Assembly (NCBI RefSeq): GCF_004010195.1
Contig: NC_057749.1
Span: 23,604,999 to 23,668,998, forward strand
Length of the DNA: 64,000 nucleotides
Direction: 5' to 3'
From: Chiloscyllium plagiosum
Lineage: Eukaryota
Every line of letters begins with the position of its first letter. Within the stretch, counting starts at the first letter, position 1. The position numbers and the translations under genes are program-made. The notes under the pieces were generated by a model. It saw only the letters and a list, made by a program, of their open reading frames with translations. It was not told the origin of the DNA and did no database searches. Below are positions 37,731 through 50,146 of the stretch, piece after piece.

Positions 37731-40700
37731 CCTGCTCCTCGGATGCTGCCTGACCTGCTGTTTTTCCAGCAACACACCCAACTCTGATCTTCAGCAACTG
37801 CAGACCTCACTGTCCCTCCTGGTCTACTAAATGCCCAATTCACCCTCTGCTCAACATGTCGGCTGACTACAGATTCATATTAACAGTTATTCCTGCTGTT
37901 CAGGAGGGAATTTCATGAAAGATTAGCATCCAAACATGTTTGAGAAGGAAGAGTACTTATTCAAACACATTGTGTGCACTGGAAGCAATTCCAACTTCTA
38001 CGTGGTGACTGAGTGAATGAGACAACAGCTGCAGTAATAGATAATATAATCCTTGCCTCCCAAGAAAACTAAAAATACATAGAGTCATAGAGATGTACAG
38101 CATGGAAACAGACTCTTCAGTCCAAATCATCCATGCCGTCCAGATATCCCAACCAATTCTACTTCCACCTGCCAGCACCTTGCTCATATCCCTTCAAACC
38201 CTTCCTATTCACATACTCATCCAGATGCCTTTTAAATGTTGCAATTGTACCCGCCTCCACCACTTCCTCTGGCAGCTCATTCTATACCCGTACCACCCTG
38301 TGTGAAAAAGTTGCCCCTTAGGTCTCTTTTATATCTTTCCCCTCTCACCCCAAACGTATGCTCTCTAGTTCTGGACGCCCCCACTCTGGGGAAAAGACCG
38401 ACAGTTCAACCTATCCATGTTCCTCATGATTTTATAAACCTCTATAAGGTCACTCCTCAGCCTCTGACACTCCAGGGAAAACAGCCCCAACCTTTTCAAC
38501 CTCTCTGTACAACTCAAATCCTCCAACCGTGACAACATCCTTGTAAATGTTTGCTGAACCTTTTCAAGTTTCACAAATTCCTTCCAATAGGATGTTCCCA
38601 AAGTGGCCTAACCAATGTCCTGCACAGCCAGAACATGACCTCCCAACTCCTGTACTCAATACTCTGACCAGTAAAGGAAAGCATACCAAATGCCTTCTTC
38701 ACTATCCTACCTACCTGCGACTCCACTTTCAAGGAGCTATGAATCTGCATTCAAAGGACTCTTTATTCAGCAACACTCCCTAGGACCTTACCATGAAGTG
38801 TATAAGTCCTGCTAAGATTTGCTTTCCCACTAAATTAAACTCCATCTGCCACTTCTCAGCCCATTGGCCCATCTGATCAAGACCCCGTTGTAATAGGAGG
38901 TAACCTTCTTCACTGTTCATTATATCTCCAATTTTCGTGATATCTGCCAACTTACTAACTACCTTTTATGCTCACATCCAAATCATTTATATAAATGATG
39001 AAAAGTAGTGGATCCAGCACAGATCCTTGTGGCACTCCACTGGTCACAGGCCTCCAGTCTGAAAAACAACTCTCCACCACCACCCTCTGTCTTCTCTCTT
39101 TGAGCCAGTTCTGTATCCAAATGGCTTAATTCTCCCTGTATTCCATGAGATCTAACCTTGCTAATCATTCTACCATGGGGAACCTTGTCGAACACCTTAC
39201 TGAAGTCCATAAAGATCACATCTACCATTCTGCCTTCAATCCTCTTTACTTCTTCAAAAAACTCAATCAGGTTTGTGAGATATGATTTCCAATGCACAAA
39301 GCCATGTTGACCATCTCTAATCGGTCCTTACCTTTCCTAGTACATGTACATCCTGTCCCTCAGGATTCCCTCAAACAACTTGCCCACCAGCAACGTCAGG
39401 CTCACTGTTCTACAGTTCCCTAGTTTGTCCATACCACCTTTCTTAAATAGTGGCACCATGTTAGCTAACCTCCAGTCTTCCGGCACCTCACCTGTGACTA
39501 TCAATGATACAAACATCTCAACAAGGGGCCCAGCAATCACTTCCCTAACTTCCCACAGAGTTCTGGAGTACACCTGATCAGGTCCTGGGGATTTATCCAC
39601 TTTTATGCATTTCAAGACATCCAGCACTTCCTCCTCTGTAATATGGGCATTTTTCAAGATGTCACCATCTATTTCCCTATATTCTATACCTTCCAAGTCC
39701 TTTTCCACAGTAAACACTGATGTAAAATACTCAGTTAGTATCTCCCCCCATCTCCTGCGGCTCCACACAAAGGCCACCTTGCTGATCTTTGAGGGGCCCT
39801 ATTCTCTCCCTAGTTACCCTTTTGTCCTTAATGTATTTATAAAAACACTTTGGATTCTCCTTAATTCTATTTGCCAAAGCTATCTCATCTCCCCTTTTTG
39901 CCCTCCCGATTTCAGTCTTCAGTATACTCCTACTGCCTTTACCGTTTCTAAGGATTCACTCAATCTATCCTGACTATACCTGACATGTGCTTCCTTCTTT
40001 TTCTTAACCAAACCCTCAATTTCTTTCATCATCCAGCATTTCCTACACCTTTCCTTTCACCCTAACAGGAATATGCCATCTCTGGACTCTCATTACCTCA
40101 TTTCTGAAGGCTTCCCATTTTCCAGCCATCCCTTTACCTGCGAACATCTGCCCCCAATCAACTTCTAGAAGTCTTGTCTAACAGCATCAAAATTAGCCTT
40201 CCTCCAAATTAGAACCTGAATTTTTAGATAGAGTCTATCCTTTTCCATCACTCTTAAAACTAATAGAATTATGGTCGCTGGCCCCAAAGTGCTCCCCCAC
40301 TGACCTCAGTCACCTGCCCTGTCTTATTTCCCAAGAGTAGGTCAAGTTTTGCACCTTCTCTGGTAGGTACATCCACATACTGAATCAGAAAATTTTCTTG
40401 TACACACTTAAACTCCTCTCCATCTAAACCCTTGACACTATGGCAGTCCCAGTCTATGTTTGGAAAGTTAAATTCCCCTAACCACACTATTATTCCTACA
40501 GATAACTGCAATCTCCTTACAAATTTGTTTCTCAATTTCCCGCTGACTACCAGAGGGGTCTATAATACAATCCCAATAAGGTGATCATCCCTTTCTTTTT
40601 TCTCAGTTCAACCCAAATAACCTCCCTGGATGTATTTCCAGGAATATCCTCCCTCAGTACAGCTGTAATGCTACCCCTTAGCAAAAAAGCCACTGCCCCC

Positions 40701-40774
40701 TCCTCTCTTGCCTCCCTTTCTGTCCTTCCTACAGCATTTGTATCCTGGAACATTAAGCTGCCAGTCCTGTACAT

Positions 40775-42118
40775 TGTCACAAAGCTGGTTTCTTTTTCCT
40801 AAAAGCGGTTCCTTTTCGCAAGGTTACTCTGTCCTTGGTTTTTTCAGATGGGTAATATACCGCTCTCAGTTCCAATTAATCTAGTTTGGTATAGAAATTA
40901 AAGGGTATTGAGAGGCCCTTTTGTTTAAATGTAAACAGATGAGACTTCAGGCCAAGTCATGTTTTAGAACTGACCTGTAGAATGAAAGGGGAGTGGTCAG
41001 CTCTCTAGCTGAGCTGAGCAGTTTAGTTCAGTCCAGAATTGGTTGGGAATTCAATGGTGAAATGTGCAGAAATTCTCTCTTCTGCCCTTCCAACTTCAAC
41101 CTGTATGCATGTAACCCTTTCTTTGTACTGTGTTTTAAGGGGGTTTGCTTATTGGGACTGTAGCGTATATTCGGAACAGCATAATTAAGTCTAGTTTGGG
41201 CAGACTCAGTTCTATAAGGGTTCTTTATTCTGTTCATGTTTCATTGTGTAATTCTGTGAATAAATTTTTGTCTACTTTAAACCTGGTAGTCAACCTCACT
41301 AACTTAATCTGACTAATTTTCACTGTATACTTCCTGTTATGAAATATGGGTGTACCTTTGATAGTTAAAAGCAGAACTACCGGACACAGCACCAAGCGTT
41401 CTCAATAAGGCAACAATGTAACACTCGGTCGAATAACCATATTAGCTCGTTGCCTGGAGCCAAGAACAAATTCGAATTTGGCCACTCAGTTTAAATTATA
41501 CCCCGAAAAATATCAAACTCCAATCCAGTTTGAATTGAGTATACTGACAATCTTAAAAGCCAATAACACAATCAATGCTTTGAGAGGGTATAAGACCAGG
41601 GAGAATTGAACAGTAGAGAGGACAACTGACAAGCCCAGCAGATAAACAGACTGCCTGAAAAATAGCTCTCTTAAAAAGGTACCTTTTCGATCGGTAACCT
41701 GTGACGCAAAAATTCCCAAGAAAAAGAAAAGACGATACAAGTAGATCCAAACAGAAGAACGGAAGCTGCCTAGTTTTGAGATCAGAAGGGTGGTTTTGTA
41801 AATCTTAATTGGGAGTTTTATCGGTATTCTAGAAGGGGAGGTAAAAGATAGGTTAGAGAAAGAAATAGTAAATAGTTGCTAGTTAATTATTCTCCGTTAT
41901 ACTTTAGAAAAAGAATTGTTAATTTTTACTTTAAATAGTTCTTGGCCACTTGAATTTTGACAGATTACTGTACAGGATAAATCTTTGCTGTGTTGCTGGC
42001 TTTAAATTAAGCAGGAGGGTTTATCCCGTCTCGTAACACTTTCCGAAACAAATTGAAAAGTTATGACCTGGGCTGCCTGCTTAGGAATGTTTTGAGTGGT
42101 CTGGCCTAGTCCATAACA
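40775..42118 (+). mobile_element. Solo LTR inserted in CR1 ORF2
   Basis: TGTCA...TAACA termini; 4 bp TSD acat/ccat (1 mismatch); the CR1 endonuclease sequence resumes on either side; AATAAA near 41259. Confidence 0.75.
41335..42038 (+). mobile_element. Second solo LTR nested in the first
   Basis: TGTTA...TAACA termini; 5 bp TSD cttcc/ctttc (1 mismatch); TATA-like gtataag near 41589. Confidence 0.72.
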
Positions 42119-44873
42119 CCATCCCTGAGCCACGTTTCTGTAATGGCTATGATATCCCAGTCCTATGTTACTAACCATGGCCTGAGTTCATCTGCCTTCC
42201 CGGTTAGGCCTCTTGCATTGAAATAAATGCAGTTTAATTTGTCAGACCTATCTTGTTCTATGCTTTGTCCCTGCCTGCCCTGACTGTTTGACTCTTCTGT
42301 TCTCAACTGTATCAGATCGATCTCTTTCCTCACCATCTCCCTGGGTTCCAACCCTCCACCTTACTAGTTTAAATCCTCCCGAGCAGCTCTCTCTGCCAGT
42401 GCATTAGTCCCCTTCCAACTGAGGAGTGCAATCCGTCCTCTTGTACAAGTCACTTCTACCCCAGAAAAGATTCTAATGATCCAAAACGGTGAATCCTTCT
42501 GCCATACACCAGCTCCTCAGCCATGCATTCATCTGCTCTATCCTTCTATTCCTACCCTCACTAGCTCATAGCACTGGGAGTAATCCCGATATTATTACTC
42601 TTGAGGACCTCTTTTTAAAATTCCTGCCTTACTCTCTATATTCTCCTTCAGAATCTCATCCATTTCCCTTCCTATATCATTGATTCCAATGTGTACAATG
42701 GCCTCCCACTGGGTCCTCTTCCCCTTGAGGACTTTCTGCACCCTCTCTGGGGCATCCTTGATCCTGGCACCAGGGAAGCAACACATCATTCTGATGTTTC
42801 ACTGCTGGCCACAGACCTGTCGGTGCTTCGGACTAGAGAATCCCCTAACACAATCGAACTCTTGGAACCGAACATACCCCTCATTGCATGAGAGCCAAAT
42901 ATTGATACCAGAAACCTGGCTGTTTGAGCTGCATTTCCTGAGAATCCATCACCCACTACATTTTCCAAAATAGCATACTTGTTTCAAATGGGGATAGCCA
43001 CAGAAGACTCATGCACTACCTGCCTACCTTTCTTAGCTTTCCTGGAGTTAACTCATCTATGTGACTGTATCTGAGACTTTTCTCCCTTCCTATAACTGCC
43101 ATCCATTACACCCCAATGCTCTTGTAAATTCCTCATAGCCTCTAACTGTCTCTCCAACTGATCCATTCAACCTGATTAGTTGGAAATCCCATTGCATTTA
43201 TTGCAGATATAATCCTCAGTTAACATGTAAACTCTCCCTAAACTCCCACATCCGACAAGAAAAGCATATCACTCTACTAAAGCCCATTTTTGCTTCTTTC
43301 AATCTTAGACCCAGAAAAACAGCAGTCTTATTTCTCGACAAAACACTGCTTCAGTCTAACTTAATACTTAATATATTTTTAAGTTTCATTAAGAGACATA
43401 TCTCAATAAAACATCATCAAGAACCAACCCACTTTACTAACTACTGCAGACTTACAATAAGGCCACACTTAAAATTATTCACTTTTCTGTTTCTGTGCTG
43501 TGACCTCTTCCATCAGGTTCCTCCAAGATCAGGTGTGAATTTCACTGTTTGTTAATTTTCCCAGATGCACTCCCATGTCCAGTAATACGCGAATTCAAAC
43601 AACAAAGGTAGTAATGGTGCAGGCTCACTGCTGTGTCAGTTAGCAGTGTGTGTTTCTTTCCCTCTCATTCTTCTGCACTGACTGACCATGTGTGACTTTT
43701 TAAAATGCTGTTGTTTTGACTAATTTTTCTCCAAAGTTCCAAAACAATGCAACAGCATATAAAACAGTAATTGGTGTTCCTGAAATTTGAGGAAATCACC
43801 TCCAACACCTAAAATACCTCAAAAAAAAATAAAGAGCAGCCTATTACAGCCAGAAATTTTTCCCGTCCTCCATCTTGGATTACCCAGAATCCATGAGTAC
43901 CTCAACTCAATCACATTAAACTGTTAGCATCACTTTGTAATAGTAGAAAGTGTCAGATTGAATTTAACATTGAAAAGTGGGAGATAACATTTTGGCAGAA
44001 AGGACAAGGAGAAACAAATGAGACAATTCTAAAGTGTGTGCAGGGACAGTCAGACGTTTTAAAAGAATTTAAAGTGGCAGTAATATTAATTATCAAAGCA
44101 AAGAGTGATCTGCAGTTTCAAACAAAGGTACAGAATACAAAAGCAGGAAAACTTACCAAATTTTCATAAATCTCTGCTTAGGCCATAATAGCATTGTGTT
44201 CAGTTCTGGTTATTATCCTTTAATATAGATGTGAGAATCCTTGAAAAGGTTAAGATAATTTGTTTTTACTGTTTCACAGGATGTGGACATTACTGGTTAA
44301 GCCAGCACTTAATGCCCATCTCTAATTGCCCAAGGTGATGGCGATGACATGCTTGTTTTGAACCACTACAGTCCATGTGCAGTAGGTATAGCTATAGCGA
44401 TAGCGATTTTAGAAATGGAGTTCTAGAATTTTGATAGAGTGATAATGAAGGAACAAAATCCAGAATGGATACAGAGTTTGGTTGGAGAACCTGGATTGTT
44501 CTCCTAACAGCAAAGGAGATTGAGGAGAGATTTTATGGAGGTGTGCAAGTCTATGACAGACTTGCAGAGAGACAAAGTAAGGTTGTTTCCATTACGTCAT
44601 TACCCAAAGACTTGGGGTGCAGATTGAAGATTCTAAACAAAACATGTAGGACTGATGCGAGGAAGAACTTTTTAATAAAGCTAATAGTTATGAATGGAAC
44701 TGGAGACTAATTATCTCATTAAGGAAGTTAATTGCAGGATCACGGATAGATTTGATGAAATAGGGTTGGTTAAAGCGTTCAATGCAAATCCAACACTGAC
44801 TCAATAGGCCAGATGTCATTTCCTACTCCACAACAACTCTTATAAAACTTAAAAAATCATATATCTGGATTAC

Positions 44874-44933
44874 CTGTAAACTGAGTTCTCCTAATGTGAC
44901 ACCAACAGAGACTGGCCTCGAAGAATCAGTAAT
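44874..44933 (-). CDS. VPS13C: VPS13C coding exon (exon 9 equivalent)
   Basis: ITDSSRPVSVGVTLGELSLQ; 60 bp; tag/gtaat boundaries. Confidence 0.95.
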
Positions 44934-45139
44934 CTAAAAAAAAAACAATCTACAGTTATAAATCAACTTAATTACTTAACTGCATTAAGAATAATAAATG
45001 ATAGTTGTACGAAGAAAGATTTACCGTCCTCACATACCATATACTAACCCTGAATTGAAGCTCTGTGATAACATACAATAATTGGAATCTATATAAAACT
45101 GGTAATAAAGCAATACTTTCAGCAAACAAATACACTTAC

Positions 45140-45249
45140 AGCATCTTCATATCTCACATGAATGCTTGTTATTTTGATTTGCAGATTTTTAATAATCTGT
45201 GTTGCAAGCTTTTCCGCAAAGGAGTCCTTTTTCTCTTCTTTAGGTTTAT
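45140..45249 (-). CDS. VPS13C: VPS13C coding exon (human exon 8 equivalent)
   Basis: (D)KPKEEKKDSFAEKLATQIIKNLQIKITSIHVRYEDA, cf. human DKPKEAKKDTFVEKLATQVIKNVQVKITDIHIKYEDD; 110 bp; aag/gtaag boundaries. Confidence 0.96.
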
Positions 45250-45269
45250 CTTAAACAAGAATAAATAAA

Positions 45270-45353
45270 GTTAAAAATCACACAACACCAGGTTATAGTC
45301 CAACAGGTTTAATTGGAAGCACACTAGCTTTCGGAGCGACGCTCCTTCATCAG
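45270..45353 (-). mobile_element. 84 bp PLE family B insertion with hammerhead core and perfect 13 bp TSD
   Basis: TSD aagaataaataaa at 45257-45269 and 45354-45366; minus strand starts CTGATGA-a-GGAGC-gtc-GCTCC-GAA-AGCT-A-gtg. Confidence 0.88.
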
Positions 45354-45421
45354 AAGAATAAATAAAAATGTCTGTCATTCTTCTTCAGAAAAAAAAAGTA
45401 TAAAGTGCAAGCCAATTAACT

Positions 45422-45631
45422 AGGAGAAAGTAAAGCTTCTGATGCTGGAGATCAGAGTCGAAGAATGTGATACAGGAAAAGCACAGCTGGTCTGGCAGCA
45501 TCTGAGGAGCAGGACAGTCAACGTTTCAAGCATAAGCTCTTCAATGAAGACCTTATGCTCAAAACATGGATTGTCCTGCTCCTCGGACGCTGCCTGACCG
45601 GCTTTGCTTTTCTAGCATCACACTCTTCGAC
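45422..45631. mobile_element. PLE family A fold-back element with diverged arms
   Basis: TSD gcaagcc(a/c)attaact at 45407-45421 and 45632-45646; inverted arms centred near 45543. Confidence 0.85.
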
Positions 45632-47129
45632 GCAAGCCCATTAACTGACAAGCAATCCTGAGCTGTGGTTTTAGACAATTTTCTGAACATCAAGATTGCT
45701 CACAAATTAGAAGCTGCCCTAGAGAAGTCCTTCCATTAGTGAAATCAGAAGTCAGCCATACAGCTGAACAGGACACACCATTGTTGGCTTGGAATCTCAA
45801 CGGTTTGACACAATGTTGTAAGGGGGCATTCATGCTCATGAACTACATGGCGTTTCATGCTGTGCCACCATAAGCACCTCACAGAGTCATAGTTGTTTCA
45901 ATCAAGATACTCAAACTTGCACTGGCTGGTAAACAAGTTTTGCTCATCCCTCTTGGGAAGTTAAGAGTTACAAAAGGAGGTGAAATTCCATCACTCTTCT
46001 GAAACAGATTCAGGGATCTAATATCTCAGTCAGGTAATTGAGTATTACTGAAATATCATTGCCTTGAAAGTCAGCCCCATTAATATAAATCTGGCAAAAT
46101 CACCCGTCACCAGATCTTACCTGCTTGGTTCCTGACAACCCTTTTTCCTCACTATCTGTGCTGTCACATTGCATAGTTTTAAACACATTTAACTGGAGTA
46201 CGAAACCAAATAATAATCAAGCATCCTAAACCCTGCCCAAGCAAAGTTTTATCCAAGGTCTCTTGGGCTGCAAACCATCAAGAGTTTGTTTTGAAAACAA
46301 AAATCTGATCATATGCAGCTTTTCTTTTTGCTTAGTATGTTAATGATTTCATTTTGAATACAAGTAATGCTATAGTGCAACACCCAGGTAATTAGATATA
46401 ATCCATTTAACATTTCTACTCATTCTTTGAGTCAAACACTTGACTATGTACCCGATGTGCTATTATAATGCCATTATCTACCACATGCTTTGACCAGTTA
46501 ATCCACCTCAAAGCATCAGAAGAAATTCAAAGAAAAGTATCCCAAGAGTGCTGTTCAACACACAGCAGTTCTCCATTTCCCAATGTGAGCACAATTCCTC
46601 TCAAAGTGGCAATCACCTGTGAATGCAAACTGTACATGAGATCAGACTCCAAATGTACTGGGGAAGCACTTGGATGACATTTTGTTCATTTGTTTGCAGT
46701 AGCTATAGTCACCCCCTAACCCTAATGAGTATTTGTTTTTAAAACGCAATATCAATGATCTTTCTTCCCATAAGGAAACCACTTCCCAAAGAAAGTAATT
46801 ATCATCCTATCACTGGAAATAGATAAGACTAGTGTTCAGATTATTTCCATTTCAAGGTTTTTTTTAAAATCAGTATAACCATTTCGGCAGAAAACACCGA
46901 GTTATTTCGTGCTACCCCTATAAATATTGGCAGAATACAGATAAAAGATCGAAGTAGAAGAGGCAGACTTGTATACAAGAATATGATCCATATCTTTACC
47001 TCGCCAACATCAACTCAGAGGCATCTTGCATAGACGAACTGTATCCAGTGGATGTACATGAATTCTAAGATAGTTCACTGAATGAACCATTATGTCTGCT
47101 TACACATATCCATTCTAGAGATTAAAAGA

Positions 47130-47850
47130 TCCTTGACAGTTCCAGTGAAATTAAAGGGCAATAATTGATGTCAAAGTTATGGAAACCTCTAACTTCTGTA
47201 GCGGTCCATCCAGGTTCTCCATGTAGTTTGTGTGGATGCTTGTGTCATGTTTGGTCACTGCCACAGGTCACCACCAGGTACTTGCTTTTGTCAATTCTCC
47301 GAGTCCATTCCATATTTCATGGAACATGCTATGTTTACCACTTCTCTCCTATGCTAGACTGATTCCCAATCCAAATCTTTGGTCCAGGACGTAACACTGG
47401 CATTCTTCCGATACGGATTCATGCAGGATGTCACAGCATGTCCATCATTTTATCACTTCAAATTTTATTGACGTTGCTCGCCATATAAAGAATCCAAAAA
47501 ACAATATGCATATACCAGGATTGGATAAAGTGTTTGACTTTGCTATAAACTCGTATTTCTGTCACGTTACTAAAGGGTTCTCTTCATGAATCCAGGAAAC
47601 CTGTTTAGCATGGATGTTTTCTACTGAATGTGGAATCGCCATTGAAGATTGTTTTTAAAGTGAACTCCAAATGGACATGTATTTAACAGGTCCAGAAGCG
47701 AATTACACCCTTTAGGCTGTTAATTTATCCTGTTTGTTCCTGATTCACATGAAATCGCACTGTTTTGGTATTGAATGCCATTTCCCATTGGTTTTGCCAT
47801 TTGTTCATTTTCAGAACTTCATCTTGCAGTGAATTCATAGAGATTTTGCT
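47130..47850 (-). mobile_element. Ancient CR1/L2-group LINE RT C-terminal relic, different from the common CR1 here
   Basis: Hand translation with stops/frameshifts: KWQNQWEMAFN, FGVHFKNNLQWRFHI, SVTSWTKDLDWESV*HRR, MFHEIWNGL. Confidence 0.6.
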
Positions 47851-50086
47851 ACTGCACAAACCATACAATCAATTGCACAGACAGTTGGGTTTTCAATTTT
47901 TGGAAAGGTCATTTAGAGAAGGTCAAGCCCCTCCCCAACCCCCGGTCCTGTTCCACGAGGTACTCCAAAAACTACAGCTCTGGGAGAGGATGGTACAGCA
48001 TTCTTTGTTTCCCGTTAGTAAGGAAGTAGAGTGGACTGCTTGAAACAGAGCTCCAATAGAGTAATGAGAACATTCTGCTCTTACAGATGCCTGGACAGTC
48101 AAATACATGATCAGAGATAGGGTAAGAAACGGATTCTGTTCAAGTCTGCTCCTCTGAACTGGATTCAAATTCTTTGCTGGTGGACAGAATTCCAGAACAA
48201 CTTTTCATCAAGGATCTGTGCACAACCACAACCCACTTTTCATCATGTGCTGAAAAGGAAGCAACAATCATCTGATGTCACTCAAGTCAAAGCAGCGAAA
48301 AGTGACTTTCCTAAAACTCGTGATCAAAGCAGTCACAATCTGCTGCTAAAATGCAATTAAATCAAATAGTTCACATGGATCTCAACTAGGCTTCCCTCTG
48401 TTAGGCCAATACGCACAAAAGCCACATGGAAACTAAACACCATGTATAAAGGCAGTCTGCATCTGGGGTGCATCTTTCCATCTGGATATATAAATGCGTT
48501 CCGCCTTCTTTCCAGAAGAAAGTTTTCCAGGGATTTATCCACCAATTCGTTTACAATCTCAAAAACTATTCGCCCTGGTAAGAACTTCCACTCTCAAAAA
48601 TATGCAACTGAATTGCATGATCTGGCAGTTGCTCAAAACTGCCCTCAAGGATGGCAGATGACTGAATTAGTGCTAAAACACAAGGTAAACTAAATGTAAA
48701 ATAACAAATCGTGTAAGGCAACAAGAATAAACTTATTGCCTGCCTGAAACCAAGTGTAGCTCAGCATAGGTGGGAAACATTCCCTCACCCAAGGGGAAAA
48801 AAGATTTCTACTTCTACATGTAATGGACTTGCACAATTTTCTCCCAGGCTTCTAATTTTGAAGATATTCCATTGTACAACGTACAAACACAAATGGAAAT
48901 AAAATGTTTCACATACTTCAACTGCCTGCATGCAGACTCACTTCCAATATTGTTTCCTAAACATGCTTAAGTTAGCCACTGGATTTTCGTTTTGAGGTAT
49001 TGATCAGGTTGCAAATTTCAGATCTGATCACAACCTGATGCCAATTAGGAAATAGATTTTGGACTCTGAAATAGTGAAGCTATTGCCGAGAACACATTTT
49101 ATATGATCAACATGGTACAGACTAAGAATGCCTTCCGAACCAGAGAGGCAATTGCAACAATGAAGGCACAAAAACCATGGTCATAATGCCCTAAAAAAAA
49201 AAGAGAACAGACAAAAATACAAATTCCATCCAAGAAATTGAAATAACTCTGCCTAAAAGTTCTGGATATTGATGTAACATCACTATTGTTTAAGCATAAC
49301 CAGATTCTCCATGTTCTCAGTGGAGAAACCTGAACGCCCCAAATTACTCAAGTTACCGAACTGACCCTGGTTTGACGCTAAATTTCATACTTCAATTCCA
49401 TCATGAGTAAACATCTCTTTGAAACACTCTACCTTTGCATTCCTCCAACTCTGCAATCCAAGTTTTGATGAAATAGCTTATTTATGTCCATCCTGTTCAT
49501 CATCTTCAAACAGTTCCCATCTTTACAGTTTTAAGTGGAAATGGTTGAGGAAAGACTAATTCACTTCTCCCAGTTTTGTACCAGATATATTTCACAAAAA
49601 ACAAAAGAGGCTCCACATCAACAGATTACTGAGATATTGAAAGCTATTCCCATTGTTTCTTTTCTCCCTCCCCACAAAGCCCAAGCGTTTCCTTCAGCTG
49701 TCAAGTCAGTAATTTATATGCATTCACTCTTAAAATTCAATCGCATTCCCTAAACAAATAAGTTTAGCTTTCGGTTCCAGTTACCCAAAGAAGAATTTTG
49801 ACCCACTCTACAACAATTGATTTGGTGCCACCTTCCACACAAACTACAGTTTAAATGAGTTAAACTTTACATTCAGTTCATCTAATTAGGAAGTAGCCAT
49901 CTGAAACATGAACATATAATTAGGAGAACATACAGTTTATGGTGAAAAACAATTGATAAAGTTATTTTTCCTACACACAAGATTATTTAAAGAACGCAAG
50001 CAACCAGTGGTTTTAAAGCATTGGAATAAGAGCAAAAATCAATCAAGGATAAAATGCAAAGTGCATCATAAAATATTCATACATAC

Positions 50087-50146
50087 CTTTGGAACGGACT
50101 TTGGAAGATTTCTTAAAATACTTTTTAGACTTTTTACGTTTACGTC
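50087..50146 (-). CDS. VPS13C: VPS13C coding exon (human exon 7 equivalent), basic-rich
   Basis: Translates (G)RKRKKSKKYFKKSSKVRSK(D), cf. human GRKRKKHKKHFKKPFKGLDRSKD; aag acceptor, gtatg donor; 60 bp, phase 1-1, joins the next exon in frame. Confidence 0.85.

Larger units (their letters stand above)
35677..37822. mobile_element. PLE family A fold-back element split by an L1 derivative
   Basis: Outer TSD tctactaaatg at 35666-35676 and 37823-37833; arms ~35686-35760 and ~37700-37775 are reverse complements. Confidence 0.88.
38078..43895 (-). mobile_element. Near full-length degraded CR1 LINE (ORF1 with SGNH esterase, ORF2 EN-RT), interrupted by solo LTRs
   Basis: ORF1 motifs IVLGDSLVR, CCFPGARIKD, IVHIGINDIG; ORF2 motifs YFNARGLTGKADEL, GEFNFPNIDW, KSPGPDQVY, FMDFSKVFDKVPH; 3' tail at 38078. 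Confidence 0.92.
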
